A DNA stretch of 64,000 nucleotides, taken from assembly GCA_024137785.1 (NCBI GenBank), contig JAHRHZ010000012.1, forward strand, positions 51,174,104 through 51,238,103, read 5' to 3'. Numbering within the stretch: the first letter of the stretch is position 1; every line of letters starts with the position of its first letter. The notes under the pieces were generated by a model. It had not been told where the DNA came from and did not search any database. It saw nothing but the letters and a program-made list of their open reading frames with translations. The position numbers and the translations under genes were made by a program. The DNA comes from Ginglymostoma cirratum (taxonomy: Eukaryota). Below are positions 50,409 to 64,000 of this stretch, piece after piece.

Positions 50409-53400
50409 TTAATAATTTTCACTTGCTGTTTTCACATACTAAATAATGCATGTAGTTAAATTCCACACTGTGCTTGTCTTAATATCAATGTTAACCCATT
50501 TAAAATAAAATGGGTTAATAACGGCATTAAATAGTCCATACAGGACTGTAATGCAAAAGCCAAAAATAGCACACAAGAGGAAATTAAAGTCTCAAGTGTT
50601 TTTGTACCTTAATGAGGCATGTGCTACAGTGAATGTCCCTAAACAACATTCACCATAGCATGAGAAAATCAGGGACTAAATCCAGTAGCTCTCTGAATGA
50701 GGCTACTATTTTATATAACATAAAAACAGAAATTGCTGGAGAATTGCTTTGTTTTAACTGTTTTATATGTACGGTTTAGAATGGGGTTGTTGCTTTTCGA
50801 TTTTTTCCATGCTAATGTGAGACTCTTCAAGCAAAACTTGCTTTAAAACCACACTCAACCTCAACCCTTGTGATAATAGTTTCAGGTCACTGAGTCTGGA
50901 ATTAAACCTAAAAGGAATAAAATCAATCGGAAGTTAAAAGGTTTTAGAACAAATGCAACTATAACACAAGTTTGGTAATGAAGTGTACCACTGGAATTAA
51001 TACTGCATGTGATGAAAACAGCTTTATTGAAGAGTCCTATATTTGGCCAGTATATTAAGAAAAAAAAAATCACCTTTTTGAAGTACACACTTCACACAAA
51101 CCAGGCTTGGGGAATTCCTAATTTCGAAACACCTGTTCTAATGGATGCCCCAGTCTCTTGGAGAGTTTTTTACTCAAATCATGTGTCTTGCACTCTTTGG
51201 AAGCAGACAGCCCCTTGATCTGCTCTTCATTTTATCAAAATTAATGGCAAGAATAAAACAGCTGAATCTAACAGGGGTAGACAATTCAAACAGAAAACTC
51301 AGCTTCCACACAGCATAGAGCTCTTACATAGGCACCGCATTTCTGACATGTACTGGAATGAATCAGCAGTGTCTATATCTGTTAACCCTCAGGCTGTTGA
51401 AGGACTACCAGATGAAGAAAGGTGAGACTATTCGCAATTTCTTTTAGGGAAAGACAGGAACAAAATGGACAGGACAGTTGTGTTTAAGGACTGAAATTTT
51501 TTCTATAAAAAATGTGGTATGTAATATGTCACTTAGCCTTGGGATAAGTCAGGTGAATAGGATGCACTCGGGAGTAATTCCAGCCTCTTTTCCTCGAGTG
51601 ACATTTAATCAATTTTTCTTCATACCATCAATTGGCTCCTTGGTTGTTCACAGAATGTCTCAGGCTATTAATAGAATATTTAACATCCAATCACTACTGC
51701 AACTCTTAACAATCTATCCTTTTCCAGCCTTCATTATAGAAAGCAAAAAAAATCTACTTGAGATCAGCCTTCATTACTGCATTCTTCAGTGTAGTGGTCA
51801 TTACTTACAGCTCTCTGTCCAACAGACAGTCTGTGTCAAACAGCTTCTTTTGCAGGCTATAATAGTATCACTATTATGTATAATGCATTTTGCACTGGTA
51901 TTGGAAAATGCATGTCTTGAGGTTACAGGGCAGGGATTTTGTCTCTGGAGATTTAAAAATATTTACAGTCTGAAAATATTAGCATTACATTTGGTCAATA
52001 TAACTGTCACAGACAAATGAGAATTCAGCACAGTTCCCGATGATTGAATTTAATGGTGTTATACATCCAAAGTCACAGCCAGGAAAACTGATTGGCCGCT
52101 CCTAAACATATTTTCTCTGAAATATTTCTTGCATAATCATACCAACAAACATGAAAGAAAAATGACAGACAGGGGCCTCCACAGGAAAATACAGACCAAG
52201 TTCTAAGAATCAACTAGATACAGTCCTTGAGATACATTACTGGGCACAAGTCTGATTTCAAATGACACAGCAAATCTAATAAAACTATTGCCCTTCAGCA
52301 TTGCATATAATTATGGTGTATAGAGTTTTTTCTTTTGTAACTAGAATGCTGTTTTTCTTAGTATTTTGTGTAATAAATTAAAAAGAAACCACAAAGTGCA
52401 ACTTATCTGGTGAAGTTTTGCAACGGTTCAAATTCTATTTTTAACAGAGTCCAACAGCTGTGGTTACAGCCTGTTTAGAGACGCGATACTTTTTCCAGCC
52501 AGAAACGGAGGACAAATAACTCACCTGCAGTAGTGCAGCCTGTTTCAAATCAATTCACAATCAAGAGCACTTATTAAGATCATTGCAGTTTCTGTCTCAC
52601 AGTGTTATCAATTCTCTGCCTATATCAATCCCTGTTTCAAATCAGTCTCCTCTGTGGCAAATTACAAATGGCATCATTCATCATTTGACAATTGCCATGA
52701 GAAAAATAACTTGTTTTCTTCTCTGTTGAGTTAACATAGCTTCTCCTAAAAAGAGGCTCTTTTAAATGCAATTTTTTTTCAATTCAGATATTCACACAAT
52801 AGGTGTGAAAAAGACTGCTCAATTTTGAGACAATGGACTCTCTTAAAAAACACTTCTGCCTTCTGTTGTTTTTCTAAAAGATTTGACAGACTTCTTAAAA
52901 AAAAAACTTTGAGTAAAGTATCACATCTCGAACATTACTGTAGTCATTGGTTTGCCACTGCCTCACAGACTTCTCAATATGACTCTCAACAATTCATTAA
53001 TTTTCTTCAAGCAAAAATATAAATACCTCTAATTACAGGAGCGGTTGTAAAATAACTGAAAAGTAGTTTTCAAATAATCTATATTGATCTATATAACCTT
53101 GTCTTGAAATGAAAATAATGAGAACAAGGTTGCTAAATGAATCTTTGTGCTTTTAGTTGGTCTCACTTGGGCTCTGTAGCAGACATGTCTTCCCCACTCC
53201 AACATCATTACTATTTTAACAAGAAAGGATTAAACACAGCATCTGAATCAATAATGTTTATAAGCAATATAGTAAACTCTGGAGAATTATTCCCTAAGTT
53301 TTTAATTTGTTTCACTGAAGGCAAAACTTAATCAGTGACCCCTCTTAATAGCGGAGCTGAAGTAGGCATGACTTGAGCTGTAAAGTTGGGAGTTAGTGCC

Positions 53401-55069
53401 CACATCATTCACATGAAAGTAATTAGGGCCAGTGTCAGGGCACTTGAAAATATATGCAATTATTGGAAGCTGATCCCTGCTGAATCAAAATCTCTTTGCT
53501 AGTATGAATATTCCCCCTGCCAATCAGCACGCTGATTTTGACTGCGGGGCCCTACTCTGGACAGTTCTGATCCTTCACCAACTGCCCCAACAAGTCCTGA
53601 TCACACCCAAAACATCAGGCTCCTTCCTACTGTACACGTCTGTGCCCTGACCCCACCCACTGCTTGCCTCAAAACCATCTTCCAGTCCTCCGTAGACCAC
53701 CCAGAAACTTTCACCATTCCTCACCGCATGCGTTTCTGTTCGTGAATCTTCAACCAAGTTGCTGTTCTTTTTTGCCACAGACTTCAAAGACAAATGCACA
53801 AGTCAAATATTACTACACTAAGACAGAGCGTGCACAGCACCTTTAAAGCAGATGTCAAGCAGATGTTTGAAGGATACCATGCTCCAGTGACTCAATCACA
53901 AAGGCGGAACTTAATTTCAAGAAGTTTTAAAATAATGAATACTCATAGCATTTGTAGGAACCTGCTGTGCACCGCTACCACACTATAAACGTACTTTTTT
54001 AATCTTTCCCACTATCAAAATATTACCTCATCCTGCCCTTCCAGAGACATCATTACATTGAGTTAAAAGCATGTGCCTTCTTTTTCAACCAGACTTTAAG
54101 TTGTAATTATTGTCAAATTAAGACACCTAGGTGTACAGCTAAAGACTAAGTGGAAAATGGCAATGAGTAGGGCAGGAAATTAAGTGTACAAAAAAAAACA
54201 GTGATTATGGGACAGTAATTACTTGGAAATGATATCCCAAAGACTAGTTGGTACGAACTCTTAAAAAAAGAAATAAAAGTTCAAAAGAGAAAGCACTGAC
54301 ATATTTTAAATCAAACTATTCATCCTTCTTAACTAAATTCCACAGTGTACTACAGTACTTATAGCAAGCAAGCCACATAGTAGTATAGATTAAACTGTCA
54401 TAATGGATCATTGCTGTGTCTGCAGTCTCTCCAATCACAAATGTCACTCCCAGATATTCTACTTTATTACTTTTTATCGATGGATTAAAATGCTGATACA
54501 TTAAGCATAATATATTCAAAGGAAATGAAATATGATGCTTATACAGCACGCAAATGTTAATTATATAACATATAGCACTTGGGAATGGTGGCCACACGTT
54601 CTAAATGAACAGTAGGTCATATATACCTCAGCTCAGTTCAAAGTAAAGGTATTACCTCAGCCATTCAATTAATCTGTTTGAGATAACTGTGCTATCCTCC
54701 CATAATTCTCAAAACAAGGTCCATAACTGGACTTTGAAAATCACGTTGTCTATTTATTATAGTCAATAAATCAGCGCTGTAGCGGAGAGTTCTGAATTCT
54801 GGAGCTACCGGAATATTTCAGTTATTTGTTCAATAATCACATTCAGCAAATTGCACATGACATCTTTCTACCATTACTTCAGATTGTTATATCCTAAGAA
54901 TATACTTACACAGGAGGATATTTTAATACAGAGTTCCATTACTTTGACAGATTTATTAAGATTGTGTAATTTTATCTGAATTTTACAAATTAGTTGTGGA
55001 TGGATTTTAGCAGAAAGACAATGAATAGAAGCAGCATTCTGTGTATCATGGTTGTACATGAAAACATTA

Positions 55070-55145
55070 TATTTGTTTCCTACATTACAATAAAGTGACA
55101 ATACTTCAAAAGTATGAACAGTAAGATAATTTGGGAAATCCAGAG
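55070..55145 (+). mobile_element. Deu-SINE / L2-type tail fragment
   Basis: tgtttcctacattacaa...gtgacaatacttcaaaagta resembles 6243-6290. Confidence 0.45.
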
Positions 55146-55446
55146 GTTGACGCCAAGTCAAAATGTTTAATTTACAATCAACCATTCCTTCTTGCTTTTG
55201 GAAGTTAGACCTCAAGAATGATCAAAGATTTTCTCTGTTTCAATGTCTTTGCAAATGGGATGTCTTTAAGTAACTTCATAATAAATAATATTGTGTTTTA
55301 AATCTGTTTAAATATGTAAAAAAAGTAAGAAATATAATGGAAAAGAACAATTTTTCCACTTACAATATGTACTGTAAATCAACAAAAATATATTTCAAAG
55401 TAACAGCAAATTTACATTTTGACTTCAGTGACATGGAATTTTCAAA

Positions 55447-55490
55447 TTTTTGTTCCTGATTCACAGCATCTGCAGTTCTTCTCGGTTTGT
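55447..55490 (+). mobile_element. Penelope-type terminal repeat fragment
   Basis: ttttgttcctgattcacagcatctgcagttctt matches 17686-17719. Confidence 0.6.
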
Positions 55491-58400
55491 ATTTGGAACT
55501 TTCAAAGGTTTATCTGACATAGCACAGTCTAACACCAAGTCTATAAGATAACTGTAAATGTCTCTCCACCATCAGTAAAAGAACACAAATTCATTTAGCA
55601 CTATGTTTCTTTTTGTTGCAGTTAGATATACTGTTGAATGAATGCTGATTTTATTGATATTTCAAAGTTGAAGCCTGTCAGGATTAAGTATGCATCCCAT
55701 TTCGCCACTTGCGTGCACACAGCAAGAATTTACAGCACGAGAAACGTTAACGCTTCAGTGGGTTGAAATGGCAACTTGGGCATCGATCGCGCTGTCTGAA
55801 ACAAATCTTAAAATGGCTTAATCTGCCCTGATAGATGAATGGTTTTGATTTCCCATTGCAGAGAAACTTGATTATAAGACATATTTCAAGTCTTTCTCGG
55901 AGCGCAGATAATGATTCATTAATCAGTGCTTTCATTAACCCCCTACTGACTCACCAAACATATACAGTCCAGCTTTTGAAGTGCAAAATGAAAATGAATA
56001 CACAGAAAGTGACACATTAATGGCAGCAACTCAGATCCTCCTTCCCGAAACTTAATTATCTGCTTGTCTGCGATGGTTGCTAGGCTGTAGAGAATTTTCA
56101 GCCAATTGTAATTTTAAAGCAGAGGAAAATTGTTTTATGGTCTATTTAATTCTCAAAGAACTGGACTAATATTTCTGCATTGGTTCATTAAATAGCACAA
56201 GATAGGTTGAAGTGAAATATTTTACAAGTTTCACTCATTATCATTTGCTTAAATCCATGCTGATGCTTTACATTAACAGGAGGCCTACAATATATGACTA
56301 ATTAATTTCACTCTTAAATCAAGACAAGGAATGGAAGCAAAATCAGGGAGAATTTTCCTCTGCTAAAGAAAAGTACATCTATTGGAAGTTCATTAATAAA
56401 ATTATCAGCTACGTTGTTTATTAGGGAGGTTGCGAAGATCCTTAGCATTTGCCAAAGAACATGATCTTATCTGAAAAGATACATGTCTAGATTATTCTTT
56501 ATTTCTCTAATCAAGCTTTTAAAGCCCTTTTAAAGCAGACAATTTTCATTGTACTGTCTACATCCAATGCTGCTGAACAAGATGGTGAGGCAGAGAAACC
56601 TCTATTTCAGCAACCAACAGTCATGTTCCTTGGCTTTCTGCCTCGTGCAGTTGTCCTACCAAACGGTGCTGCAGTATGTAGTTACAATGGTGATCGCACT
56701 GGAAATATGCTAGAAAATGCATCTGAAGTTCACATGGTCCTATCACAGGATTTTTGCAAAGGATGCTTTTTTGTTCTTGGTTTAGCTATCGCCAGGCTGT
56801 CTACATCATCCTCCAGCGTTCCAAATTGCATTTTATTTTGTCATATATGGCGATAAAGATGCAGAAATTTGCCATGGTCAGCTCTATAGCTACTGTTTCC
56901 TTCCTAGTCAAGAAATAACAATTCAAAACAGGGAAAGTGGTTTACATATGGTGCTGCTTTTGGAAACGACACAACAGCACGTATCTTTCTCACTATCAAA
57001 CCACACCAATAAGATTATTACAATAACAATAATGATGTTGCAGTTAAACTTCTACAGATGCACACTGATAGTAATGCTCTCGTTGCACAGGCATTTTCCA
57101 GTGAGTAACTAAAGCAGTATTTTGTTCAGAATCTCAAGAATAAAGGAATTAACAATTAGAATGAACAATCAGTGCGAGCTTACAAAATAGGATTGCATTT
57201 TTGTCGTTGCGAGGATTTGACAAACATGCTGTTTGAGTAGTAACAAAATATCGCACTGTGCTATTTGCAGAATTTGGTGGAGATAATGCAGGACGAAGCC
57301 TCAATATTTTTATCTATTTAAATTTCATTTTTCTTTAATATGAAGTGTAACGTGACACTAATATGATTTTTTCAAATCAAACCCCAGATCAAGCCCGCAC
57401 CAGCTTAATCCAGTGTCTCAGGTCAGCAAATAAGAATCAACCACACTGCCCATTCTTCACTAAAATGGAAATATCTCTATCAAATTATCTCTGATACGAG
57501 GCAAGATATATGCATGTCAATCCGGTACTCCTGCTTCAAATGCTCATCTCAATTAAATAAAATATACCAAGGACAAAAAGGCAGTGTTGGTCTCCTTGTG
57601 CATTTAAAAAATCAGCAAATACTGCCTGAAAATAAAAAGCAAAACATTCAGCAAAGGGAAAAAAGTATTGAGAACCAACGTAAGAGAACTGTCTTCTCTT
57701 GTTCTGATGGTTTCTGATCCTTCTTTACCTGCTCCAATTGGTATCAGTTGGTAATAACCTACCGAATTCTGTACGAAGGTTTTTACATCCTAGCGTAGCA
57801 CAGTTTGGAACGCCATGAAAAGCTGATAAGCAAAGCTCCTTGTGTGCCAATAGATAGAAAACAAGTTGATTGTAATCTACGACCATTTTAGGTGTATCTG
57901 CTTATCTTCTATAAATTCCCGTTAAACAAATATATTTTCACTCATTATTTGATGACAGTCATTTTTAATGGAATTTTACTGTGCTGAGTGCTGAGTGCTG
58001 GACAAAACACAGCAGAAAAATAAAATTTAAAAATTGGTAAGCTGTCTCAAATTAAAAACTGCTTAACTGTAAGCTGATACAGTATTTTATCGTGCTTTCA
58101 AACCAAAAGCATTAATTAAAATGTGAATTCATTCACAATGATGTATTCTTGCTTATACAATTACTTCCCCAACCTCACCCCAGTGAAAAATGGAACTGGC
58201 TTGCATAAAAAACAAATAATAAATTTTTGGTCTTGTTGCATTTTGTGCCCTGAGGCACTGAAACAGCCGCTATTGCAATCAACGGTTGCCCCAGTACAGA
58301 TGGTTTATAACTATAAACCAATACCTTCTGATCTGACAGCCATCCAGTCGTTGTTAAGTGTCAAGTCCTGTTATATTTAGATGGCCCCCTTTCTCTGCTT

Positions 58401-61400
58401 CTAGCTGTGCATGCACTGGGTAAGACATGCAAACCAGTGATTACTGTACCCACACATCACTGCAACGCAATGCCAGCTGACTGAGTTGCTGGCTGAATGC
58501 ACATTCGCATCATATTACTTCTGCTATTCTAACTTTTCCAGTTCTGAGCACCATCAATTATGCAAAAGAATAACAGAGCTATGGCTTTGAGATGTAACAT
58601 AAAGGACAATTATGACTGTAAATAATTTAGACACCTGCGTGCCATGCTCCTTTTACCAGCAAAACTAGCCCAGTGCAAGTAAGGTACTGACAGGGCAGGA
58701 TCCTCCTCCTAATGTACTGACAACTCCCCGTTTACTCTAAAGCCTGCAGAAAGTTACTGCATTATTCAGCTAGTGGTCTCTTGTCACTGATGAATTTTAG
58801 GATATTCTTTTCACATTTCCTCCCTCCCCTAAGTTTAGAGGCGCAGATGCAAATAAAGATTGGTACAAATCTTCTCTGAAAAATAAGGAAGTCAAAAATA
58901 AAGGTGATCTTTGGGATTTCTTCAGCAATTTTGAACAAAATATTTCAGCACCCTTCTTTGTTAGAAGGGCAAAAAAAAAACCCATGCCCATTGTGCAAGG
59001 TCCTCAAGTCTCCCCAGGCTTATGAAACGCAGCTGCAGCCATGTCATTGAAGCTAATGGAAAACTTGCGTGCCACCGATCAACTCTCAGTTTTGTTTTTA
59101 TGCAGAGTTGGGGTCATACCGTGTAGTTAAATCATTTTAATATCAGTATTTCTCACGCTACATCAAACGGATTCCAAAACCACCTAAACTGGACTCCATC
59201 CAGCAGCCTCTTCGCATTACAATGTTTAAGAAGGGATACATTTGCAGGAATGTTTCAAATATACAAATAACAGATTTACAGTGTTCGAGTTTTATTAATC
59301 CTGATATAAAATCAAATGTGCATTAAGTGCTCAAAATAACATTAACAATCATCTTTCCATTTCATGAGGACAAGGCATCTCCTATAGAGAATCTAACTGC
59401 AAGAAAAATCATATCCTACTTCGATTTTCATCCCAGTTTACCACAAAAACTACCAAGATAATCCTTTGCTGCAAGACTCACATAAAGACGACAGTTCCAA
59501 GGTCCTTCAATAGATGACCAGACACTTGCTTCATGGTTATGTATCAAAGGAAACTAAAGCCACCATGAACAATTAGAATTGCGTGTCAGGTCATAAACAA
59601 CCACAATTCATTTCCAGAGTATTTTAGATAATCAAAGGATACTCATATGTATTGTATTTTTCTATATAATTATCAGTGTAGAGATAATAACAAGATTATT
59701 CTGGAAATACACTGCAGGTTAATTAGCATTTGTAAAGGGAAACTATAGGTTAAGGTTTCGGATGTAAACCCATCATAGCAGTTAACACTGTTAAAGGGAC
59801 GGCAACCAAAACGTTAATCTACAGATGCCGACATTTTCTCCTTCCACCCAAGGTGTAGTCTCCTGGCGGGGAATAATAATTTTATCTGCACAAAAATAGA
59901 TTTCGAAGGCTATTTTCGATTTCTTCAATCGCAATTCAATCACTGCACAGAAATAAAAAGGGTACCTGTGGAAAATGTGGAAAATGCACAATGGTGGGAG
60001 CAATACACAGTGACTGTGTCTAAAGCATTTAAAGTAGTCTGAAGAAGATGGTGACCTTTTTTCCACATGACTGTCTTTGCGCAGATAGAAAAAAATTATC
60101 TAGGCAATAGAAAAGGATACAATATTCTAGAAATTAGTTACTGTGAATATGATTTTTTAAAAAGTTATTGGAGAGATCAACATTACACAAACACATGAAA
60201 GTATATTTTGTACAAAATGCAAAGTGCACAATATTATTGTTTAAACAGGAAGTACAATTTCCTCAAAACCTCCTTTCATGTGCGTGTGAAATTTTCATGC
60301 CTTGCTGTGCCACAAATTCATGGGCATCTTTTAATTGTTCATTTGCCACAAAATTTTGAGCGTGCCGAAATTCAATACAAGGAAATGCGTTGCCACTTCC
60401 CTCACAGACTAATAATCCATCAGAACTCCAAACCAAACATAATTCACAGCAAAATTTTAGGAAATGACGAACAAATCTTAAACACTCTTTCTAAACTACC
60501 AATTCCCAAAATGCAGCCCTGCTATACCAGGAAGTAACAGTGGCTTAGGTGAAATGCAAGTATTTACTGGATCTGGGTCTGAAAAGACAAGAAATAAATA
60601 TTATTCCCTTAGGTCTTTAATGTTAAATAAAACGACCTCAAATTTTATAAACAGACCTGTAAAGCATTGTACAGCTCAGTCTTAAAGTACACACTTGCAG
60701 AACAACCACCAGTCTGTATTGTTTAAATTTCCAACCTAACATTTACTAACATATAAACAGAGAACCTGATCTTGCAATGCTTTGGATAGAGATTTTATTG
60801 TTAATTAAATAAAAGACTGTTGTCAAGGACATTGAGTCGTCACTGGCCAGACGTATATTTTATTTTACATCTATGAACAGACAGCACCATCATGTACCCT
60901 ACAGCCAGATGACATATTCAAGAATAAAGAAAAAGTAGTATTTATATCATAACTAAGTCACTGCATAAGTATTCTCCAAACACTGCCGAATGTTTCCTCA
61001 GAAGTTAACTATTATAATAACTTCCCATGAAAGAATGAGTTCTTTACATTAATGACAACAAGGAACTACTTCGTTCTAATATAATATCAATGCATTCATT
61101 TTGATTAGCTTGATCAAGACATTATAATTTTCATTCCTGACTAAAAATCATTACATACAGCACAGCAACACAATGTTCTGGAAAATGTCCAACCTAGATG
61201 TTTCAACAGAAAGATTTCTCATTAAGTGTTTTCTTCAAGCAGCAGTAGTAACATTTTCTATGTCTACCCCGCCACAAGTACCACGGTACAGACAAGCACA
61301 GTACAGGAAATGTTTAAATTCCAACTTTTCAAGGCAGCATAAACTAGAGTTTCCCACAGACATGAAATTGACTTCAAGATATAATAAAATTATTGGATTG

Positions 61401-61984
61401 TCCAAAAGTTTCCATTCTAATCATCTGCTACATCTTGGAATGCTTTAAAGGAATCTTAATATTCAATCATCCAATGGACATCTTTCCTGTAAACTAAAAT
61501 TTGTTTTACACTATTTTATTATGTGTAATAATTAAAGCAATTATATAAAGTATAGTTTCAAATCAATATCTGAAAATTAAGACAAAAGGACTTCCGACAT
61601 GGAATATATAATCAGTTGAACCTTACACCACCTCAGTGATACTGTGTAAGCACAAGACAGTCTTCGGCTTCCGATGGGAATGTGAAGTATCAGTTAAAAT
61701 TAAAATGATTCAAATGTAAGTTTTTCAAGTTTCCTCGGTGTACAATGGAAAGGCTGAAGAATTGTTAAAACTCAGCTCAGAACCTACTTGAAGTTAATTC
61801 TACCTAATGCCAAGGTTTCATGCCATCATCGTCTCGTGTACCTTGAATTCAGATTCCTAACAACCACAATATTTTCCTTTCGACTTCAGTGAGCTCCGGA
61901 TCAAATTGCAAATTCTCAGTTTGAGTTCTCAATAAGCTATGATTTTTGTGTCTGCACTACTCAAAGCTTTGCACATCAGTGTGG

Positions 61985-62950
61985 TTGCAGCATAACCTCT
62001 ACTGCACCTGTAGTGTGATAGCATAATCCATTGCTCCTGTACCTATACAATGCACTAATATACTTTTGCATCTATATAGTATACTGTTAGCAATTTATCA
62101 GTACTGTCAGCCTTAATTAAATGGTGGCACACTTGTCAGAGCCAGAAGGCTGTGTGTCCAAGTCCCACTGAGAGATTTTAGCACATCATCCAAGCTGACA
62201 GTCCGAGGTAATATCGCAGTCAGGGGTTCCATCCTTTCGATGAGATATTAAGCAAAGAACCCATTTGACCTCTTAGGTGGACATAAAGATCCCACAACAC
62301 TACTTGAAGAGGACCAGGGGCATTCTCATGTTGTCCGAGTCAGTAACTATTCATCAATCAAAGCCATCACAATGAGATCATCCTGTGATTACTCCCATTG
62401 TTGCTTTTGGGATTTTACTGTACATTGTGTCTTCTGGGAAACTTGGTAGTCATCAAAGGATTACAAAAGACGCTACAGTGGAAAAACTTTTTGTTCTATA
62501 TGAGGCATTTCGGGAAATGTAGATGGTAGAAGATGCAATCTAAGTTCAAGTTATTTATTTCTTAATGCATATTGATAAATGTGCTTTAGGATCCATAATA
62601 ACTCAACTCTACAGTATGATATTATGGGCGATGGCTCATGCATCTACACTGTTTGATATAATGATTGATCACCAATGCTCCTGCAACATGCAAACTATCC
62701 ACAATCACCCCAATACAATGTGATATTATAGTGCACCTCCACGCAGTGATATTGTAATCTATCATTAATACACCTACACAACACAATATCACAGTCTGCC
62801 ACTGATACACCTATATGGTGCCACATCACAATCTACTACTGATGGCCCTACATGGTGCAATGTTATGATGTTATCAGTGATGCACCTAAACAGTGATATA
62901 CAATCTATCAGAATGGCACTACACAATCTGATGTCACAATCTATCACTGC
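61985..62950. repeat. degenerate minisatellite (about 35-37 bp unit), interrupted by a SINE
   Basis: Units such as caatctatcactgatgcacctacacagtgtgatatca (by-eye consensus) recur at 62590-62950 and more faintly at 61985-62105. Confidence 0.7.
62121..62560 (+). mobile_element. Deu-domain tRNA-derived SINE (SacSINE1-like)
   Basis: ggtggcacacttgtcagagccagaagg...tccaagtcccact, ctttcgatgagatattaa, aggtggacataaagatccca (Deu core), L2-like tail. Confidence 0.8.
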
Positions 62951-64000
62951 CTCACATTGTGTAGACAGTCAAAAGAATTGTCTGCTGTAACTGCACAGTA
63001 TGCAAGCATGCTCCATAACTTCTGTAACTTCACATTGTCAAGATAAAATCCATAACTGCTGTATCTACAGAGTGAAGATGTGTTCTACAACTGCTGACAA
63101 CTGTATCTTGTTCAGCCCATAAGCATATGGCTGGATAAAATGCCTCTGACTTCCAGCTGCCATCACCTCCACAGTACTGTGCCCAGCTTCTCTCACAGCA
63201 CCAGACCAAGCACTTCAAGCACTCCAGCCTATTAATCCTCAGAGAACTCGAGGACTTTTCAAGCAGCTGAAGAAAATGTGGTTTGTATTGCGCATCTGTT
63301 AATAAAGAAAGAATGTGATAAAGACAAAGCCCAGATCACACAAAAGGTGAGTACTTCTGGATTATAAGGAACATTTGGAGTTTTGGCCTTAACTAGATGT
63401 GGGAGGGAGGTTAAAAAACAATACAAAAAAATCCTCTTGCTCTTCTGACCCAGTTAGAAATCTTCATGGATATTAAGCAGCAGCTTACATGAATAAAAAT
63501 CTCCAGCTGCTACCGTTTATGAACTGGAGTGGACAAAGGGGGGAAAATGAAGGCTAAAGGGGCAGGTTATTCAAATAGACTTCACTGACAACAAGTCAGT
63601 GGCTAAGTCCTGAGTAACCAGCTCAGCCTTTCCCATGGTATTTTTCACCCAAAACAGTGAACTAATTCCATGCTTCATTGTTTCGCAAGCCTCGTCAGCA
63701 TATGATTGAACAGGGAGGGGGCAAACTAATACCCGAGGTAAAACTTGAGAATGTGTTGACATCTTAGAAAAACAAGGACGAACTATTCTCTGAAGTCCAA
63801 TCTGCTACTTCTACACCCCAACCCCCCCCCCTCCCATGCACACACAGCCACCCTCCTCAAACTCCCTTCAATACTGCTGACATGGAGGGCTTAGGACAAT
63901 TTGAGGTCCTGCTTAAGATCTATTCATCTCATTAGCTTTAAGCCGATTAATATGAATGGCCAGTTTGCCCTCTGGATATTTAAGAAGTGAAGAAGCTAGC

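Noticed and set aside
51530-51670. Minus-strand frame with in-frame TGA (…NQGAN*WYEEKLIKC…) suggesting selenocysteine
   Set aside because: No selenoprotein motif, no canonical donor, no SECIS seen.
51478-52020. 180-aa ORF, longest in the window
   Set aside because: TTG start, composition typical of AT-rich non-coding DNA, no motif.
1-64000. CRISPR array, prokaryotic operon or endogenous viral gene
   Set aside because: No repeat-spacer structure or long ORFs; content is vertebrate non-coding DNA.

Overview
AT-rich eukaryotic DNA, most likely from a shark. This is inferred from the repeat content (CR1/L2/RTE LINE relics, Deu-domain and other tRNA-derived SINEs, Penelope-type terminal repeats), and family names are assigned from recall, not from a database search. 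I recognise no intact host protein-coding gene, RNA gene or CRISPR array. The only recognisable peptides are decayed retroelement proteins (CR1 and RTE ORF2, a Penelope GIY-YIG C-terminus), so the window reads as intergenic or a large intron. The most notable system is a family of short Penelope-derived elements, several self-palindromic, that carry a minimal hammerhead-ribozyme motif (CUGANGA-stem II-GAAA-CG-UH). Other signals: a 44-bp nested palindrome with an abutting hairpin (6426-6491), an inverted duplication copying a junction of three retroelements (43014-43267 vs 45690-45946), an isolated hairpin element (12658-12721), a minisatellite split by a SINE, and a speculative frame-preserving chain of minus-strand small exons (40.2-43.8 kb). 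Repeat boundaries are by eye and approximate.
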